In this document: positions 22,769 through 38,036 of the stretch, one piece after another
Layout: each line of letters begins with the position of its first letter
How positions within the stretch are numbered: the stretch's first letter is position 1
Origin: Sphagnum compactum
Lineage: Eukaryota
Direction of reading: 5' to 3'
DNA length: 64,000 bases
NCBI GenBank assembly: GCA_965153455.1
Contig: OZ234493.1
Location: 12,700,213-12,764,212, forward strand
Notes under the pieces: generated by a model
What the model saw: the letters and a program-made list of their open reading frames with translations, nothing else
Told to the model about the DNA's origin: nothing
Databases searched by the model: none
Made by a program: the position numbers and the translations under genes

Positions 22769-25700
22769 ATGCGGTGTCACTCTCTGCAAGCACTGTGGGG
22801 ACCGTCACCGCCGCAGCACCATGTCCGCGCGGTGCTTCTCGTCGACGATCCTGCCTCACTCTGGACAGGAGCTACAGACGGTGTCATCGTGCTCTGGCGT
22901 CTCATCGTGCAGCAGCAGCGTTCTTCCAATCTGACCCGGTTTGATCAGGTATGTTTCACGACCTTCTAACTCCCCCATACCTCTTGTGCTTTGTGCTTTA
23001 GTTTGAGAAAAAATCCAAAATAAAAACCAAGAAAAACCTCGGCATTTCGCTCAAACGATCACGCATCTTCTTCTTCTTCCTGCATTTGCTGCTGTAGATA
23101 GAATGTCATTGCTATGCGTTTTTTCTCTTCCTTCTGAAAGAAGACTGTCATGCACCTACTCCTTTGCACTGCTGCCTTAGGGTTCAGGTCTTAGGGCCCA
23201 GCTTTGTGAGGGCTTACAAGTAGGGTTTGGACATGTGCACTCTTTGTAGGTGCCTGATGATGATTTTCTCACTATACAAGCTGAAGTTCATGTGCCTCTC
23301 TCCATTTCCCCCTTCACCTCACACCTCTCTTACAAGCGCTGTTTACAAGGAGTGACAATAATAACAAGGATGCAGGAAAATCACTTGTAAATTGCAGGTG
23401 CTATTAGGCCCCCTAAGCTGATGACCTTCAACTCAATTTTGATCAATATTGAGAGAAAATTGCAATGTGGAAGCAGTCTCTCAATTGATCATTGCACATG
23501 CAATCTCACTGTAGAAATGAAGCAAAAAAACTCACGCAATATGTACATTGCAACCTGGTATTCTGTCTATGTTGCAATTTGCTCAAACAACTTGTCATAT
23601 CCAAGGGACACATGTCAGATCTGCAGCTTTGGGTTGATGTGTGTAGTTGGACACGTGGCAAATTGATGAGGGTTCATGGATTGTCAGAATCCAAACTTTT
23701 GTTGTGACAAAGTTCTAACAGTTCTCTGGATCTGCAGTCTGAGATCTGGCCGGTGTCACTGCTATGTGGACACACAGCAGAAATTGCAGCTCTTGAAGCA
23801 TGCAACCCAGATGATGCCTGTGAGCCCACTGAGCACATTGCCAGCAGCAGCTATGCAAGTACGATCAGGACAAAATTTGACACTGATTATTATAACAAAA
23901 GCGGCAGAGCAGTCATAAGTGCCTGCATAGATGGGGGTGTGTGCACATGGGATGCCCTTACTGGACGATGTAGGCGGCGGCGACATCTTCCTCCTTGGGT
24001 GGGACAACCATGTGCAGTTTCTGCCCTTCCAAAATCACCACGCTATGTTATTATTGCTTGTAATGGAACTCATGTGAGTCTGAGGCACGCAGATGCTGCA
24101 ACTAAGACTACAGAATCTGGGCCAGAATCCACTCCAGCAGGCTCTGGGGAAAAAGCTGGAAGGGGTAGTGGAATTAAGAATTCTCTGGTGATTGTGGATA
24201 CTGCCACTCTTAGTGTTTTGCATGTTTTGAACAATTGTGCTTTGAGTGTGGGACCAATAGCAGCTATGGTGGTTGTACCTGAGCATGCATCCAAGGATCA
24301 CCCAACTTACTCTGTGATAGTGTGTGATTTGTTGGGAAGACTGAAGGTGTGCTCAGGTGTTTCTGTAGATCAGGGGAAACCTGGCTTAGGAGGCCCTAAG
24401 GGGGACATGCTTGAAGAAGCAAATAGTGAACAAAATGACTGTGTTGGTGGCATGAGTTCTCTTTCTGAGGTTGCAGAAGCATTATCATTTTCACCAGATG
24501 GGTTGTTGCTTCTGCTGGTGTTGCAATCAAAGTGGGTAATCAGATCTGTATCTCATGGTGGTATAGTAGCTGAAAGTGCTGGGATAGGTGCAATGCAACA
24601 TGGACTGAAAGAGCTTGCAGTCTTGTCCGAATGCACAGGAGGCTGCTTTCTTCATGGAAGTGGAAGCAAGTTTCTAGTTTGGAACACACAAGGTGCAGCT
24701 GTCCTGCACTCACTGTCTGACATTCACGAGAAAACTCTTGGTGTTGAGGTGTTGGCCTATATACCTCCAACTTCTCATAGCCGTGCCACAACAGTGAACT
24801 ACCATTTTGTCCAGCTAGGCAATCTGCTGCTTCGCTCTGAGTCTGAAAAGTCTGATGGTGTGGAAGATGTTCTGATGCTGGAGCCACAAGTTACTTTGTG
24901 GCTTACTCAGAGGGCACCCTTGTGGAGTGCAAAGCTGTCAGTTGGGATGCCATTGCTCGGTGAGGAAGACAAGAATCATAGCACAGGTCAGGAGGAATGG
25001 GGCAACAACTTAGAGGAGGCTCTCCTCTTAGGACAGGCAGGATTGTGGGCCGACTGGTTTGAAGTTTCTGGGTCTAAGGTGGATGTAAGCTTCTCAGAGG
25101 CATCACCACAAGATAATGCCAGGACTAAGCCAAGGGCTAGTCATCCAAGAGTAATGGAATCAGAAACATTTGTCACTGCATCCATGCTGCTTTCTGGGGG
25201 CTTCTCTGTCCAGTCTACCCTCGTATATGGATTTGCCAGTGGAGTAATCCAGCTTCTAGAGCTGCAAGTTGTCAACACCATGAATTCAACAGGTGACAAA
25301 GTGAATGGAGGTGATGAGGTGCAAGCAGTTCAAAACTTATTTGGGCATACTGGGGCCATTTTGTGCCTAGCAGAACATAGCTTGCCTCCATTATCTGAAG
25401 CAGCACAAGGAGATCATGTTCTGATCTCGGGGAGTATGGACTGCACTGTCTGCATTTGGAACCTGAGAAAGGGGGGTGAACCACTTGCAGTACTTCACCA
25501 CCATGTTGCACCTGTGCGTCAGCTTATTTTACCACCACATGGCACTCAAGCTCCCTGGTCACACTGCTTCATTTCAGTGAGTGATGACCATTGTGTTGCT
25601 GTTTCATCTCTGGAAACTTTAAGTGTAGAGCGATTGTTCCCTGGACATGCAGGTATTGTGAAGACAGTGATATGGGATTGTGTCCGGGGATTCCTTGCAT

Positions 25701-28700
25701 GCCTGTGCACTAGCTCAGGTGACCAACCTGTGGTCACAGATCAGGTTTACATCTGGGATCTACATTCAGGTGCCCGTGAACGTATACTGCGGGGAACTCC
25801 TGCACACTCCATGATTGCAGCCTTTTCTAGTCGTTTCCGGAAAAGTGCTGATGCTAACAGTATATTTTCTGGAAGTTCAACATCTGCTTCAGCTTTGTTG
25901 GCTCCCACTGAAGAGCTGCCCAGCCGCCCAAGGCCATCTCGTAGTATTGCAGCCCTCCCAGCACCAACTCTGGCTGAGTCCAGTTCCCTTCCTAATGCTG
26001 TAGCTGGTTCCAGCTCCTTTTTAGCTGGGGGAAATCCAATCTCTACGCATGATGAGACTGAAAATATGTCATTAGGTTTGATTGGAAGCTTGGAAAAGCT
26101 CTCAACAAAAGTTGCACAAGCACTTAACCAGAGTACAAAGCCAGGGCCTCTGAAACCATCTGAGTCAATATCCAGCATCACTACAGTAAAATCTAGTCCT
26201 GTTAGTAATCCCACCATTGTATCTTCCCGCCCTCTGGTTCACAAGCAGCCCATTCGTGGAGCATCTCCATTGCCAGGTGTTGCAACCCTGCAGTTTGATC
26301 TTTTTGCACTTATGGCTCCAGATTTGGGTGCCACATCAAATAGTGGTGAAAAAGAGTCTCGGGCATTGGTGGCTGGATCTGAAGAATCTCAAATTGCAGC
26401 TGTTCTTGAGAGGGTTCCTGGAGTGGAGCACAGTGAAGACAAAGTCACAAGCAGCAGCAAGGAAGGTGGGTGCACAGGTCCCTTCTTCTCCTTTTATAGA
26501 CACATAGTTCACTAGTGCAGGTCCCAGTCTAGTAGATTAGTCTGTACATGGACAGCAATTACTAATCTTTCTTTGTTCTTGAGGCAATCTATAAAGTTTT
26601 GACAATGAAGGTAGTTTCTCAATTGTGACAGGACAACACTTCTGTAGGTAGGACCTCTCTTGCATGATATTATGAGCTGTCTCCAATGTGACTCACAGGG
26701 GATGAATCAAATAGAAGGAAAGAGCAGAAGCAAATAGACAGCTGGCTGGGGACAGTACAAGGGCGTCTTCTACGAACAAGTCTGGCATTTCTACACTTGT
26801 GGGGGGTTGACCAAGAGCTTGATAGTTCATTACTGGAAGAGCTCCTGGTGTCAAAGCCACAACACATCAGAGTCGGGTCAGGCCTTGCAGGAGACAGGGG
26901 TGCAATGACACTGAGTCTACCAAATCAGCGTGCAACATTGGAGGTGGGTTTCTTTTTGCTGCATTTTCAGGTAATCCATTTATCTATAGTTATATGTCAA
27001 GCTTATGCTTATGATGGGCATATATGCATTGCACTTCAACTAATGTGATATCATTTCATGTGGCAGCTTTGGAAGACATCCCCAGAGTTTTGTGCATTGA
27101 GGTCACTCACCAATGTTGCTCTGGCACAGCACCTCTTACTCTTGTCCAAACCTGCCAATCTTGCTTGCAGGTTTGTTGCTATATTTTCATGGGATTGTGA
27201 GACATGTACTTGCCTTACTGTCATTTCATACTGCTGGTGTTTATCTGGGAGTTTATCGGGAGTAACCATGCCACTTAGTGAGCAGTTGTGGGTTACTACA
27301 AGGCCAATGTGGAGTAGATTTTATGATTGCAGTGAATCTTTCTGTTGTGCTTAAATGTTGGTTGTGGCTTTACAACAGTGCTTTGGCAGGTTTCTATTCA
27401 AGGAGTCTTGCTGAGAAGCTTCCAGGCAGTGTCAACCCATGCCTTGAGGTGAGCAGCATTGCAGCTTTTATAAGTTCGCAATACAAACCCAGTGCTATGA
27501 TTATTGCCATGGATTGTAAGTTGAGAATCCTGCCCTTTTATTGAAAATTTTGCAGGTATATGCATGCTTTTGGCAAGACCCAAGCGAGCAAGTGCGTATG
27601 GCAGCACGTTCTCTCTTCCATTGTGCAGCATCTCGGGCTATACCTTCATTCCTGCAACTTGACATGTCAACAAACAGACCATCACCACATTTTGAGAACC
27701 CTCCAAAATCTGAGTCTGAAAGCTCTAGCACCTATCTGAGGCACTCAAACTCAAATGGCCTATCTGACACAGGTGCAATAGCTCACATTACTGATTGGAT
27801 TCAGTCTTATGATGGCGAGAACTGGACAGCAACTATTGGGGGAACTAATCAAGATGCAAGAGCAGCACGCATAATTGTGAGTGCAGCGTTGGCTCTCTGG
27901 TATCCAAGTTTAGTTCAACCAGAGGTAGCCCCAACTGTTGCTCCCATGCTTTTGAACCTGGTGCGAGCCACCCATGACAGGCACAGTGCAACTGCAGCAG
28001 ATGTTCTGGCAGAAGGGATGGAGTCTACATGGCAGATGTGGATTGGCGCAGAGATTCCTCAGCTTATTGCTGATGTGTTTTTCCTGATTGAATGTCTAAG
28101 TGGAGTGGGTGCCCCAAGGCCCACCTCTGGGCAACCTTTCAGAGCTGTGCCTAGTGCAACCATGGCTCCAGCAGTAGCCATGGCCATTCGGGAAAGTCTT
28201 ACAGGCAATTTGCTGACAAGCTTGGCTCTTGCAGACGTGCCAGCATTCCTGGACGTGGTAAAAAATCAACTTGCCACTTTTGCACCCAATTCACCTGTCC
28301 ATTTGGTAGGCCTCATGGCCCTTATAAGGCTTGTGCGCAGCCACCCAAAGGCATTGATCTTCTATTTGGACCAGGTAAATCACCTGTCAGTATTGTTTAA
28401 GTACTGTGTGCACTAGCCTTAAACAAACCTGCCACAATGTTTCAATCTTTGCATTCTTGTTATACTCCTCTTTTTTATGTGTTGTAAGTTGAGTAATGCA
28501 ATGGAGACAATGTGTTGAAACAGTTAACTGCACTAGTGATGCAAACCATGGACACTGGAAACTTGGTGCTACGGAAACAGTGTAGCCAGACTGCAATGGG
28601 AGTATTGCAGGAGATGGTGCGCATGTTCCCTATGGTGGCACTTCACCGTGGATCCACTCCCTCCAATGCAAAGCTTGCGGTGGGAGATGGTGTTGGTGAC

Positions 28701-29815
28701 ATCCGCTCACTAACAATTCATGTATATGATTTGAACAGGTAAAGTGTGTCTCCTTGCAACTGTACAGGTGATGTCCTAATTGTGTGCTTTTTGGGAATGA
28801 AGCCTCTTTTCTTATCTTGGTGGACCTTGGTATGGTGCTTTGAATTATGTAGGAGATTTGACATTTTTGTCTTGGGCAACTTTTGTGTTGCAGTGCGACA
28901 AAGCTCAAGGTACTGGATGCTAGTGGACCCCCAGGTCACCCTGCCTTACTGGCATCAAACAAGACATCTGCAACAGCAGGTGGCATTTCAGCATTAAGTT
29001 TTTCTCCTGATGGAGAGGTAGACCAATCCGCATCCTGTTTTCTCTTTGTGTAGCTGATTTGCTTAGAAGGTGCAGAAGCTGTTGTTATGTTTCAAGGAGG
29101 TGAGTGGCCCTGCATCCAAAGTGTAACTTTTTCCAATGGATGTTGATAATACTGAAGCATTTAGAAAGTGGGAGAAACTACTCTAATACTCACATGGTTT
29201 GCAGGGGCTTGTTGCATTCTCGCAACAGGGCCTCACCATTCGGTGGTGGTCGCTGGGGGCAGCCTGGTGGGACCGACTAAGCAGGACCCTTGTGCCAGTC
29301 CAGTGCACGAAGCTGGTGTTGGTACCTCCTTGGGCAGGTTTCTCTCCAAGATCTTCAAGCTCAAGCATGATGGCCTTTGTGTACAGATCTTCAGAACAGC
29401 TGGAGGTAACATTCTTGCTGTTTGATCCATGAATCCCCAATCTTCTTTGGCATCTTAAGTCATTTTTCCAATACACTTTCCCCTAAGTCCTCTAACCTTA
29501 TTTTCAGGTCTACTCCATTCTATTCAGGTTGACTCAAATCATAAGTAGGAGAAGTTTTCATTACTTAGAGAGACATCCCCTCTAATACCTCTAGTCTGCA
29601 CAATGATGAAGAATTTGCAATCAGACCCTGTACATGGGGCAGTGATGTGAGCTTCTTGGTGGCAGCAGGATGAGGTGAGCAGGAGATTGAGTGAAGATAT
29701 GTCACCGAGGCTTGCATTCCATAATGTCGACCTTGCATTCCGCTTGGAATGGAAACCTAACAAGAAAGTGTCTCTCCTTCACCATGGCCAAGAACTGGGC
29801 ATCTTCCAACTTTGA
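22769..29815 (+). CDS. Large WD40-repeat protein, WDR7/Rabconnectin-3B-like (At4g11270-like)
   Basis: Ten GT-AG exons total 4833 nt (~1610 aa): 22769-22948, 23738-26465, 26699-26943, 27067-27170, 27379-27448, 27556-28374, 28524-28738, 28894-29017, 29205-29405, 29669-29815. Motifs: LLCGHTAEI, GRCRRRRHLPPWVG, GHTGAILCL, LISGSMDCTVCIW, ERLFPGH, LAGDRGAMTL, WQDPSEQVRMAARSLF, ALSFSPDGEGLVAFS. Confidence 0.93.
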
Positions 29816-31299
29816 TGTTCTCCAGGCCATGGCAAGCTCAACAACAGCAGAGAGTGAGCCTTTGCAAATTCAGCGGGCCTTGTATATGAATAATTACTTC
29901 AGATTTCTGAGACTATTATCTCAGTGGGCACCATGGATATGGATAACACAACTGCAATTTGGAATTCACGGCAGATCCTGGGTCCAATCAAATACAGTGT
30001 GTTAGAAGAAGAGAGGTCCTGAATAGATGGACAATCCTGTGATCAGTCCTGCAATGCAAGTGGCAAACTGCAAGCAGGACAAAGGTTGAGGTCACTGCAT
30101 CAGGCCAGGAGGCATTTAATGCCAGTTACATGCGCTTTCAAGCGTTAAATTATTGTCTTAGCTCAGACTGGTATCAATAATCATCTTTCTTTAAACTGAC
30201 AAATTAGCTTGTCTCTAAAGGGGAAAAGCTCTGAAGAAGAACTTGACAACATCTTTAGTGTCAGGTGGAAATTAGGTTTGAGGCTTCTATGAAGATGGTT
30301 AGACCTAGTGGCTCTTGTCTAGTAGCAAAGACAATGCATTTTTCTATGTGCAACAGGTTTAACAAGGTAATACAGGCCATAAACACCGTATAGGAGAATA
30401 TGGGGGATTCACATGTCATCTCAGGGAGAGTTGTGCATTGGTCAAGAGAATGCACTAATCTTGTAGATGTGAATGTTTTTTCTGTGCTTCTGTGTTTATG
30501 GAGCCTGCAGCTTGCAGCATGGGGGTATAGAGGCTGAAAGACAGACACAGATTTGCAAAGATGATCATGATGCAAGTGCATTTTGTGTTTCTTCATAGTC
30601 CCACAGTTACAAAGTCCAAAGAGTACTGAGAAGTTCAAAGGTGAGAGACCTACCAAAAGTTTGCCAATCATTATTTCTAAATACAATGATTTTGACACAA
30701 AAACGTGTATGTGGGTAAGGGTTGTTGTGTTGAATAAAAGGTGGCCATGAATTCTCACATAAGGTTGTCATGAAACAGAATTGTGGAGTGTCATGAAATC
30801 TTACCAGATCACCTCATGGTGCAATGTTTTTAAAACAATAATGATTCTAGTGACGAGGATTCATTGGAGCTGGTTTAGGGAGGACAACTTTTGGGTTTCT
30901 TAAGTAGTGGTCATCACTTGACCAGTTCCAAATTGAGATCTGTTTTGTCCATCGCAAAGGAAAGAGGCATGGAAACGTGTCGTTTCAAATCTCTGTGTTT
31001 TTTAAGGGTTTTTTTTTAACATCATAATATTCATAATAGATTTTCTATATCTTCTCCATCAATTTGTACTAAATTCAATTGAATCTTATTCCAATTGTTG
31101 AGTTGAATTTAGTTGAGTTGGAATTCAATTCAATTAAATCTGAATCTAATTCAATTTGATTCGAGTCGATTCGATTCGATTCAAGTTGTACATAATGTCA
31201 TTCAATATTTCCATTCAAATGGAACTTAATTTTCACAAAATCAATTCATTTCTTCATCAATTGTCATTGATAGTGCATTGCAATTACCAAGTTTACAAT

Positions 31300-32660
31300 T
31301 TAATCCTTTCACGAACCTTTGGAAGATCATTTTGTTAAAATGTTGTGGTTATAAAAGAATGGTGACATTGTATTATATAATCGCATAAAAATTATTTTGC
31401 ATGTACCATTGTGATAATACATGTGGGGTTTAGGATTTGTTATTCCTTTGCCTCTATAGTTTAAAAAGGTTAAAAACATCTTGATGTTGAACATATTTGA
31501 TGAGGGTATGAACCACCTCCAACATAGGCATAAAACATGCCAAAGCCAAAATTAATTTAGGTCACATAATAGCTCGAAGTTTGTAGAGGCATACTTGGTT
31601 TGTCACGATTAAAATGCATCTTCACAATCAAAGCCTTGTAGTCAACCATGACACATTTCAACATGCTCAACATGGAGATCCACTTGGTCTTGACATTCCT
31701 CAACAATTTAACACCTTTGATTTCTAAAGTTTTAACAAACTTTATAAAGTTAGGAAACTCTTTAAGGCTATGAACAAAGAAAGAATGAAGGGTTTGCAAC
31801 ATTGATTCAAGGGCAATGTGGACAACACAACAACCACCAAATTGGGTTAGTGTGCCATGTAGTGCACATCAATAAAAAAATGAACAACTTTAAATAAATG
31901 AATTGCAACACTAGCCCAATGCGATGTTCTTGGAACACGAAATCTCTATCATAATCAAAGCACACCCACCACCTTGATCCAAGCTCTTCATCCAAAACTC
32001 CTCCATACTTAGTGATGCAGTTGAGGATTGCAACAATATTATATGTAATAGCACCCATTTTGATAATTTCCAAGGTTAGTACGATTGGATTCTAACACCA
32101 ATCTTTCATGACATAAACATGGACACTAATTCATTGTTTGTTGTTCATTGTAGTGACCTCATTTGCATTCATTAGGAAAACATTAACCCCTTGCGCAAAA
32201 ACTTTAATGGAACTAAAAATAATATCATGCATTGCTTAGCCACTACCATTTGTCCAATATTTTTTGGGTTGTTTTTTACTTTCAAAATGCAAAGAAACTC
32301 CCTAATTGTTTCAAAATCATACACTAGGTAACCATGGCTTAAAAGGTGGAAAATGATGATGAATTGAACCAATTTTTTTAGATCCAAGATGAACATTGCA
32401 CTACATCAAATCCAATGCATTTGCCAACATAAATCCTCTTGTTTTCGGCATGTGTAGAATCTTTGTTAATATACTAGTCCCTAACAACAACGTTAGTAAA
32501 ACAACAATTGTTTTCTCCCACCTTACATGCATTTGCAAAATATCTAGCTTCAATGAGAAGAGTTTGTCCTTTCCTTTAATAGTTCTATTAACCATGCATC
32601 TTATTTTGAAAAACCAAGCAATCACCCCCTATAACAATTTGTCCCAAGGAAACTTTGTTG
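31300..32660 (-). mobile_element. Degenerate hAT-superfamily transposase (ZNF862-like) remnant
   Basis: Broken minus-strand frames: KIRCMVNRTIKGKDKL..KLDILQMH (zinc-finger-like), HLLSHGYLVYDFE, FQEHRIGLVLQ, LQTLHSFFVHS..KLLRNVKTKWISML. Many stops and frameshifts. Confidence 0.7.
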
Positions 32661-33814
32661 CCCAAGAATATTGAAAGGCCCAAGCCTTGTCATAAGACCT
32701 TTTAGGTTTCTTAAACAAAAAGTTTTGTGCACTAGAGTTGCAAGGCTCATAAACAACTGATAGTTCAAAAGAGGAGATCCAAATGAACTTATGTCTTGAC
32801 AAAAAAGAAGAGCCTGAAGCAAAACTAATTTTGAAGGATTTTCAATGGCACTATTACAAGTAGCCTCATAAGCTTCAAAAATCAAAGACAATTAGACACA
32901 ATTGAATTGATCATGGGTAAATCAAACACAATTGACTCCTACAAACCTCAACAATACAAAACTCAATATGCACCCCAAAAAAAAAATTGGGGAGGGGGGG
33001 GGGGGGGGGGGTGTGTGGGAAATCACACATTTGATTATGGGGTGGATTTTACAAGAATCCTCTTATGCACATCAATTTTGAAACTCTCAATTCTATTTAG
33101 TGTTATTGATAGTTACATCAAAGTCCCACCACTTCCCCCATAATTGATCTATGTGTGTTATAGCGACAAAGTTTCACCACTGAACTTGCAATGATATGAA
33201 AATCCACCATCACAAAACCACAAATGCTCAAGGCTCAAGCTTCTTGAAATACCCAAGGTGCAACAACCATTCGTTGCCACCATCTTTAAACTTTCAAAAC
33301 ACAAGGCATATGGGTTTTCAAAGCAAAACCACTTGCTAGCTACTAGTTTTGCGGAAGGGAAGTTCATTAGGCAACCTAACTTGTTTGATGGTCATAAATT
33401 GGCAACGCCCTTAAGCCTTAAAGTGTTGCAAAGGGGGATCCCTCAAGGCCTAAAAACATTATTGACAATGGAACTTGTAAACAATTGGATTAGAATTGCA
33501 ATGGAAGGACATAGGCAGTTTGCCTTTTGGCCCATAAGGTGGGTGTGTCGATGTGTTGGGGCGATAGTTTTTTTTTTTTCCTTCATGCATTTTGCATGTT
33601 ACCTTTTTACATCACCTTTTGGTTATAAATTGCTAGAAACACAAAACTTGGAATGGATCCAATTGTAAGAAATATTTTTGATAAATGATCGATATTGACA
33701 AATGGAAAGGATTTAGAGTATTTGTGAATATTAGGTGATGGATTCTTGAAATGATATTCATTAATTTTTTCTCTGAGTCACTAAAATATGATCCATTAAA
33801 TCTAGCATTTAATA

Positions 33815-35630
33815 TGATGAAACCCTACAAAATTTTATTTATGAAAACACAATAGATTTGGAAAATGTACAGAGGAATAAGAAAAAGAAAAGGGAAAATT
33901 CAGAGGATGTCAAATTAGCCCAAACTAGATGTCAAAATCTTTCCATGTCAAAAATCAACCGCCTGTAGTAGGTCAGCAATATTTCTCCATGTTAAAAACT
34001 AACCACTTACAATAGGTTGGCCATGGTGATGGGAGGTGTGTCTTGAAGGGGTGGAAGTTGGGAAGTAGTTAGGCCTACGGTTACCACCTGACTTAAGATG
34101 GAAGATCTTTGCATTCTTTGCAATGTGATTAAAATTTTTTGATGAAAAAAAGTAACCAAGATAGAATGATGAAGGCCCTTGCAAGCTCCAAATGGCATTA
34201 GCACAATCATGTAAAAACACATTGGTTTGTTTGTGTAGACATCCAAATACGTCAATTGCTAATGGGAGGAATTTATTAATGGGGTGTCAGGCATGATAGA
34301 TCTTTTCTTTGGTTTAAGCCACATTGAAGGCATCTAATTCTTGAGTTACGCAAATCAAGGAAATAAATATGCTCGCATTGGGTCGACAATGACAATGTCG
34401 GCTAGGCTGTGAATGTCATCTTTGGTGAACGCAATGTTAACCTGTCGACAAGTGGAGTTGGATGTGGTTGAAGGAAACACATGTAGTTGTTCTCGTCCCA
34501 TGTGGAAACCAATGTCTCATGCAATGGTAGTAAAGGTGTCACGAATTGCATCATGAATTCCTATGTGCTCGTTGCCATGAGCGCAACATAAAAAGTGAAT
34601 ACCCACAGGGTTGATGGGATGTGTGCACACGCATTGAGGGATACTTGCAATTGAAGATGGGTTAATCCAAGTCATGTTCGATGTGCTGTGAAAAAAACTA
34701 GGGAAAATAATTCAAAGGTTGAGAAGACTAGTTTGAATTGTAAGTTTGGCACCCATTCCTAGGCTAGAACATGATAAAATCCGAGCACAATGGGCCTTGG
34801 ATATCCTATCAAAGAGCATGTTGGAAAGGGTATGATGGTGAAGACACTCCAAGATGGAATCTTCAAACCAAACCATTTGTTGCATGATGAATTTTTCAAA
34901 TGGAAGAAGACACATGCGAACTAGGGGTGGTAAAAGATCACATGCCACTTTGAAGTGTTGATAGAAAGGGAAGGTGTTGTTGTAAACTCTAGCCAAGGCC
35001 TTAAGAAGGAAAGGACGTTAATCAACCATGAACCTAATAGCTGTGATCGAAGCTACAAGGGCCTAATTCCCTAAAATAGGTTGTTGGGATGATGACAGTT
35101 GTTAATATGAGCCCAATGCCATCGAATGTGATTGGGAGAGAGGCTTGTTTATGGGCTAGAAGTCCTTTTGGGCTATCAAAAAATCTTGGACCCAAGAAGC
35201 GCCCAAACACTTGAAAGAAGGATGAGTCGAAAGAAGTAAAGAACTCCATGAAGGTGGAGGAAGGGGGTGTGCATTGTAAGAAATAAAATGGTTATTGCAT
35301 GAAACAATGAGTTAGAATTCCAAAGCTACCTAGACATCATCCATTCTAGGGAGAAGGTTTAGTGTCGAACATTTTCTAAAAAGGCATTTTAAATGAAAGA
35401 TGATGTGAATGATGAGGTGCCCAATGGAACCCCCAAGTCTATGATTCCTTCTGATGGGGTAGTATACTAGGATGGGGTGTTGAAATCAAGTGATATGCGA
35501 GAAGGTGACCATGTTACACATTTTTGAGGTTGGAAAGAAAAACTTATCGCATAAAGTTTGGTCTAGAAATGCTCATATGCAGATGATACGATTGAAAGGG
35601 GACCTATGATGTGAGTGTCATATGCATTTA
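33815..35630 (-). mobile_element. Degenerate 5'-truncated CRE-like non-LTR retrotransposon, copy 2
   Basis: Colinear with ~1725-3212. Begins near ..ATATGACACTCACATCATAGGTCCCCTTTCAAT. Encodes LGVPLGT, QCVCTHPINPVGIHFLCCAHGNEHIGIHDAIRDTF and FLPLAIDVFG, and ends with the same 3' terminus as copy 1. Confidence 0.8.
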
Positions 35631-37620
35631 ATAGGTAAGTTTCAAAGATGATAAGACATATGTTTAGACGTAGGTGTGATTCTCATGGTGGAGGTTACAT
35701 GTGAACTCATGTAAAAACAACTACGTTCATACTTAACATTTGGTTGTGCAATAATATTTCTCACATCCAAGATTACATATTTTTTGTTTCCAAGCCTCAC
35801 CCATAAACATGAAATTGGGACTATAAAAGGTTAGAACCTATTAAAAGCCACTTGGACCAATCAATACATCTAGCCAATCAAGAATAGGTGTTAAACTACG
35901 TTATGACATTTGTTGTGAGCAAAAATGTTGAGTCACAACCATTTTACCATGTTCACCAAATGTTATAAAATGTGAGTTCAAGTTTTGGGAGAATTGAACT
36001 TGCCATAAGGAGGGGCACATTGAAATAGAAAGGAAAGTTTAGTGAACCATTAGCTAATGACTCATCAATTGATTGAAGAACTTGAGATGAGTTTGTCATT
36101 AATCTCACAACAAATGCCTATAAAAATGTTGACCTAGAAGAATTGTTATATTTGTGTCACATCAATATCATATGGGATGGTCAATTGTGGTGGGCAAATG
36201 TCAAAATAAATCAATTTTAAGTTACAAGGTCATTTTGGGCACTTGAATTTAATGTTTTTAAAGTTCGACACAAGGTGTTTTCAAATATTTTTATTCAATT
36301 ATATATATATATATATATAATTCATTATTTTTTCATCATTATAGCTCTTCCATAAGATATTTTGGGACCATTCACGAACGAAGTTATAATATTAAATTTG
36401 GATTATATTATGTTTCCATTGTTTTTTAGTTACAAAGATTTTTTTCTCCTCCCCCTAAAAAATATGAGCCATAGCTCATAGTAAGCAACATGGGGGTGAA
36501 TGCATAGTATAGTGGTTCAATAACAGTAGAAAATACACTCTTTATAAGTCCATATAATTTTTTTAAAATGATTCAAATGGACATTATGTTACTTTAAAAA
36601 TATATATTATTCTAATATTTGAATAATACATGTTCAATCACCTACAAACCTTCCCAAATCTATGTGAAAACTTGTATTTAATGTAGTTGATGTCATTTTT
36701 TAATTTGGAAGTCCTAAAAGGAAAATCCACAAAGTTCAAAAGAATAATGCCTCATTTAAAACTTTAAAAAAAAATGTTTTTGGGACCAAAATTTTTGAAA
36801 AAAAACAAACAAAAATTGCAATTCATATGAACTTATGAAAATATGGTCAAATTTTAACCATTCAAAAGACCATAATTATTAAATGGTTAAGGTTTTTAAA
36901 GAAAAGATTCCTTATATGAACTTATCATCTTGTATTACATTATATATTGAATCCCAATAACAAATTGGGAATGTGAATCAATATGAAAATTTCCATTTTG
37001 TGCTGTTCTAATCAAACAACCAGTCCACATTTTTCGACTTCAAAAGTCCATTACTACTAACAAATGAATTTTTTATTAATAAATAATCACATAGTTCCCT
37101 TCATGATGAAATTGTTACTCTAGATCCGAGTCCCAATTAGTAAATCTAAGGATATATTAATCACCATATGCATTTGAATAAATGATACACATGGAAAAAA
37201 CATCGTTTTATCACAAAAGTGAACCATCATAGCTTGCATCTACCCATGGATCAATTTTCACATTTTCATTGTTCCAATTTGAAGCATTTAAAATGTTTGT
37301 CTGTATGGATATCAAATTCTTTGACAATTCATCAAAATTCCCATCAAATTTTTGAGAATTATCTTCATTTGATTTTTAAAATTAATTTCCACCAAGTCTG
37401 ACAAGAAGGTAGGGCAATACTCAAATTTGAATAATAATTTATCACAATAGCCTTCAGGAAGTTTTTGAAAAATTTCATTGGTGACAAAACATGGCAATTT
37501 TGTGTTGCAAAACATGGAAAAGCACTTCCAGAAAATGGTCAGAACTACTCCACAGTTGTTACTTAAATATTGATGAAGGAAAATCATAAACCTTGTCACA
37601 TGTACTTTCACCTCAACATA

Positions 37621-38036
37621 TCTATCTATGAAGGAAGGCAGTTTGTTTTGTTTTGCATTGTATTGTAGTTATGAGATCCACCGAACCAGGATGCTTCAGA
37701 TCTTGTTCTTGGTGTCTGGACAGCTCTTGACGAGGAGGGGGTGCATGGGCTTGGTTTCATGAAGTTTGCACTTGTGGTGCAAAAGTTCTTGAATATTGAA
37801 TGATTTCTTCGCCGAAAACTAAATTAAATCATAGCTGAAAATTTCAAAGGAATTGGAATGTGCCTTTGGTGTTGTTGGAAAGATCTTGATGAACAGGATT
37901 TAATGAAACTTATTTGGTAAGATTTAGATTTAGAATGTGGGAGATATTGATTTGAAAGTCCAAAAAACCAGGTTTTGGAAGGTAAAATCAGTTGAGGACA
38001 TAGTAACACTTGGGCCAACAGCACAGGCCACACTAG
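37621..38036 (+). mobile_element. Non-autonomous Helitron-like element (~416 bp)
   Basis: A|TC at the 5' end (37620/37621). The 3' end is GGCC-AACAGCACA-GGCC followed by ACACTAG|T. No TSD, as expected for a Helitron; the hairpin is weak. Confidence 0.5.

Noticed and set aside
23762..26507. Multiple antisense and alternate-frame ORFs
   Set aside because: Shadow ORFs of the 2.7-kb WD40 exon, with no independent motifs.
32989..33019. Poly-G tract, possible G-quadruplex
   Set aside because: A simple homopolymer in TE-derived DNA; its length is unreliable and there is no functional context.
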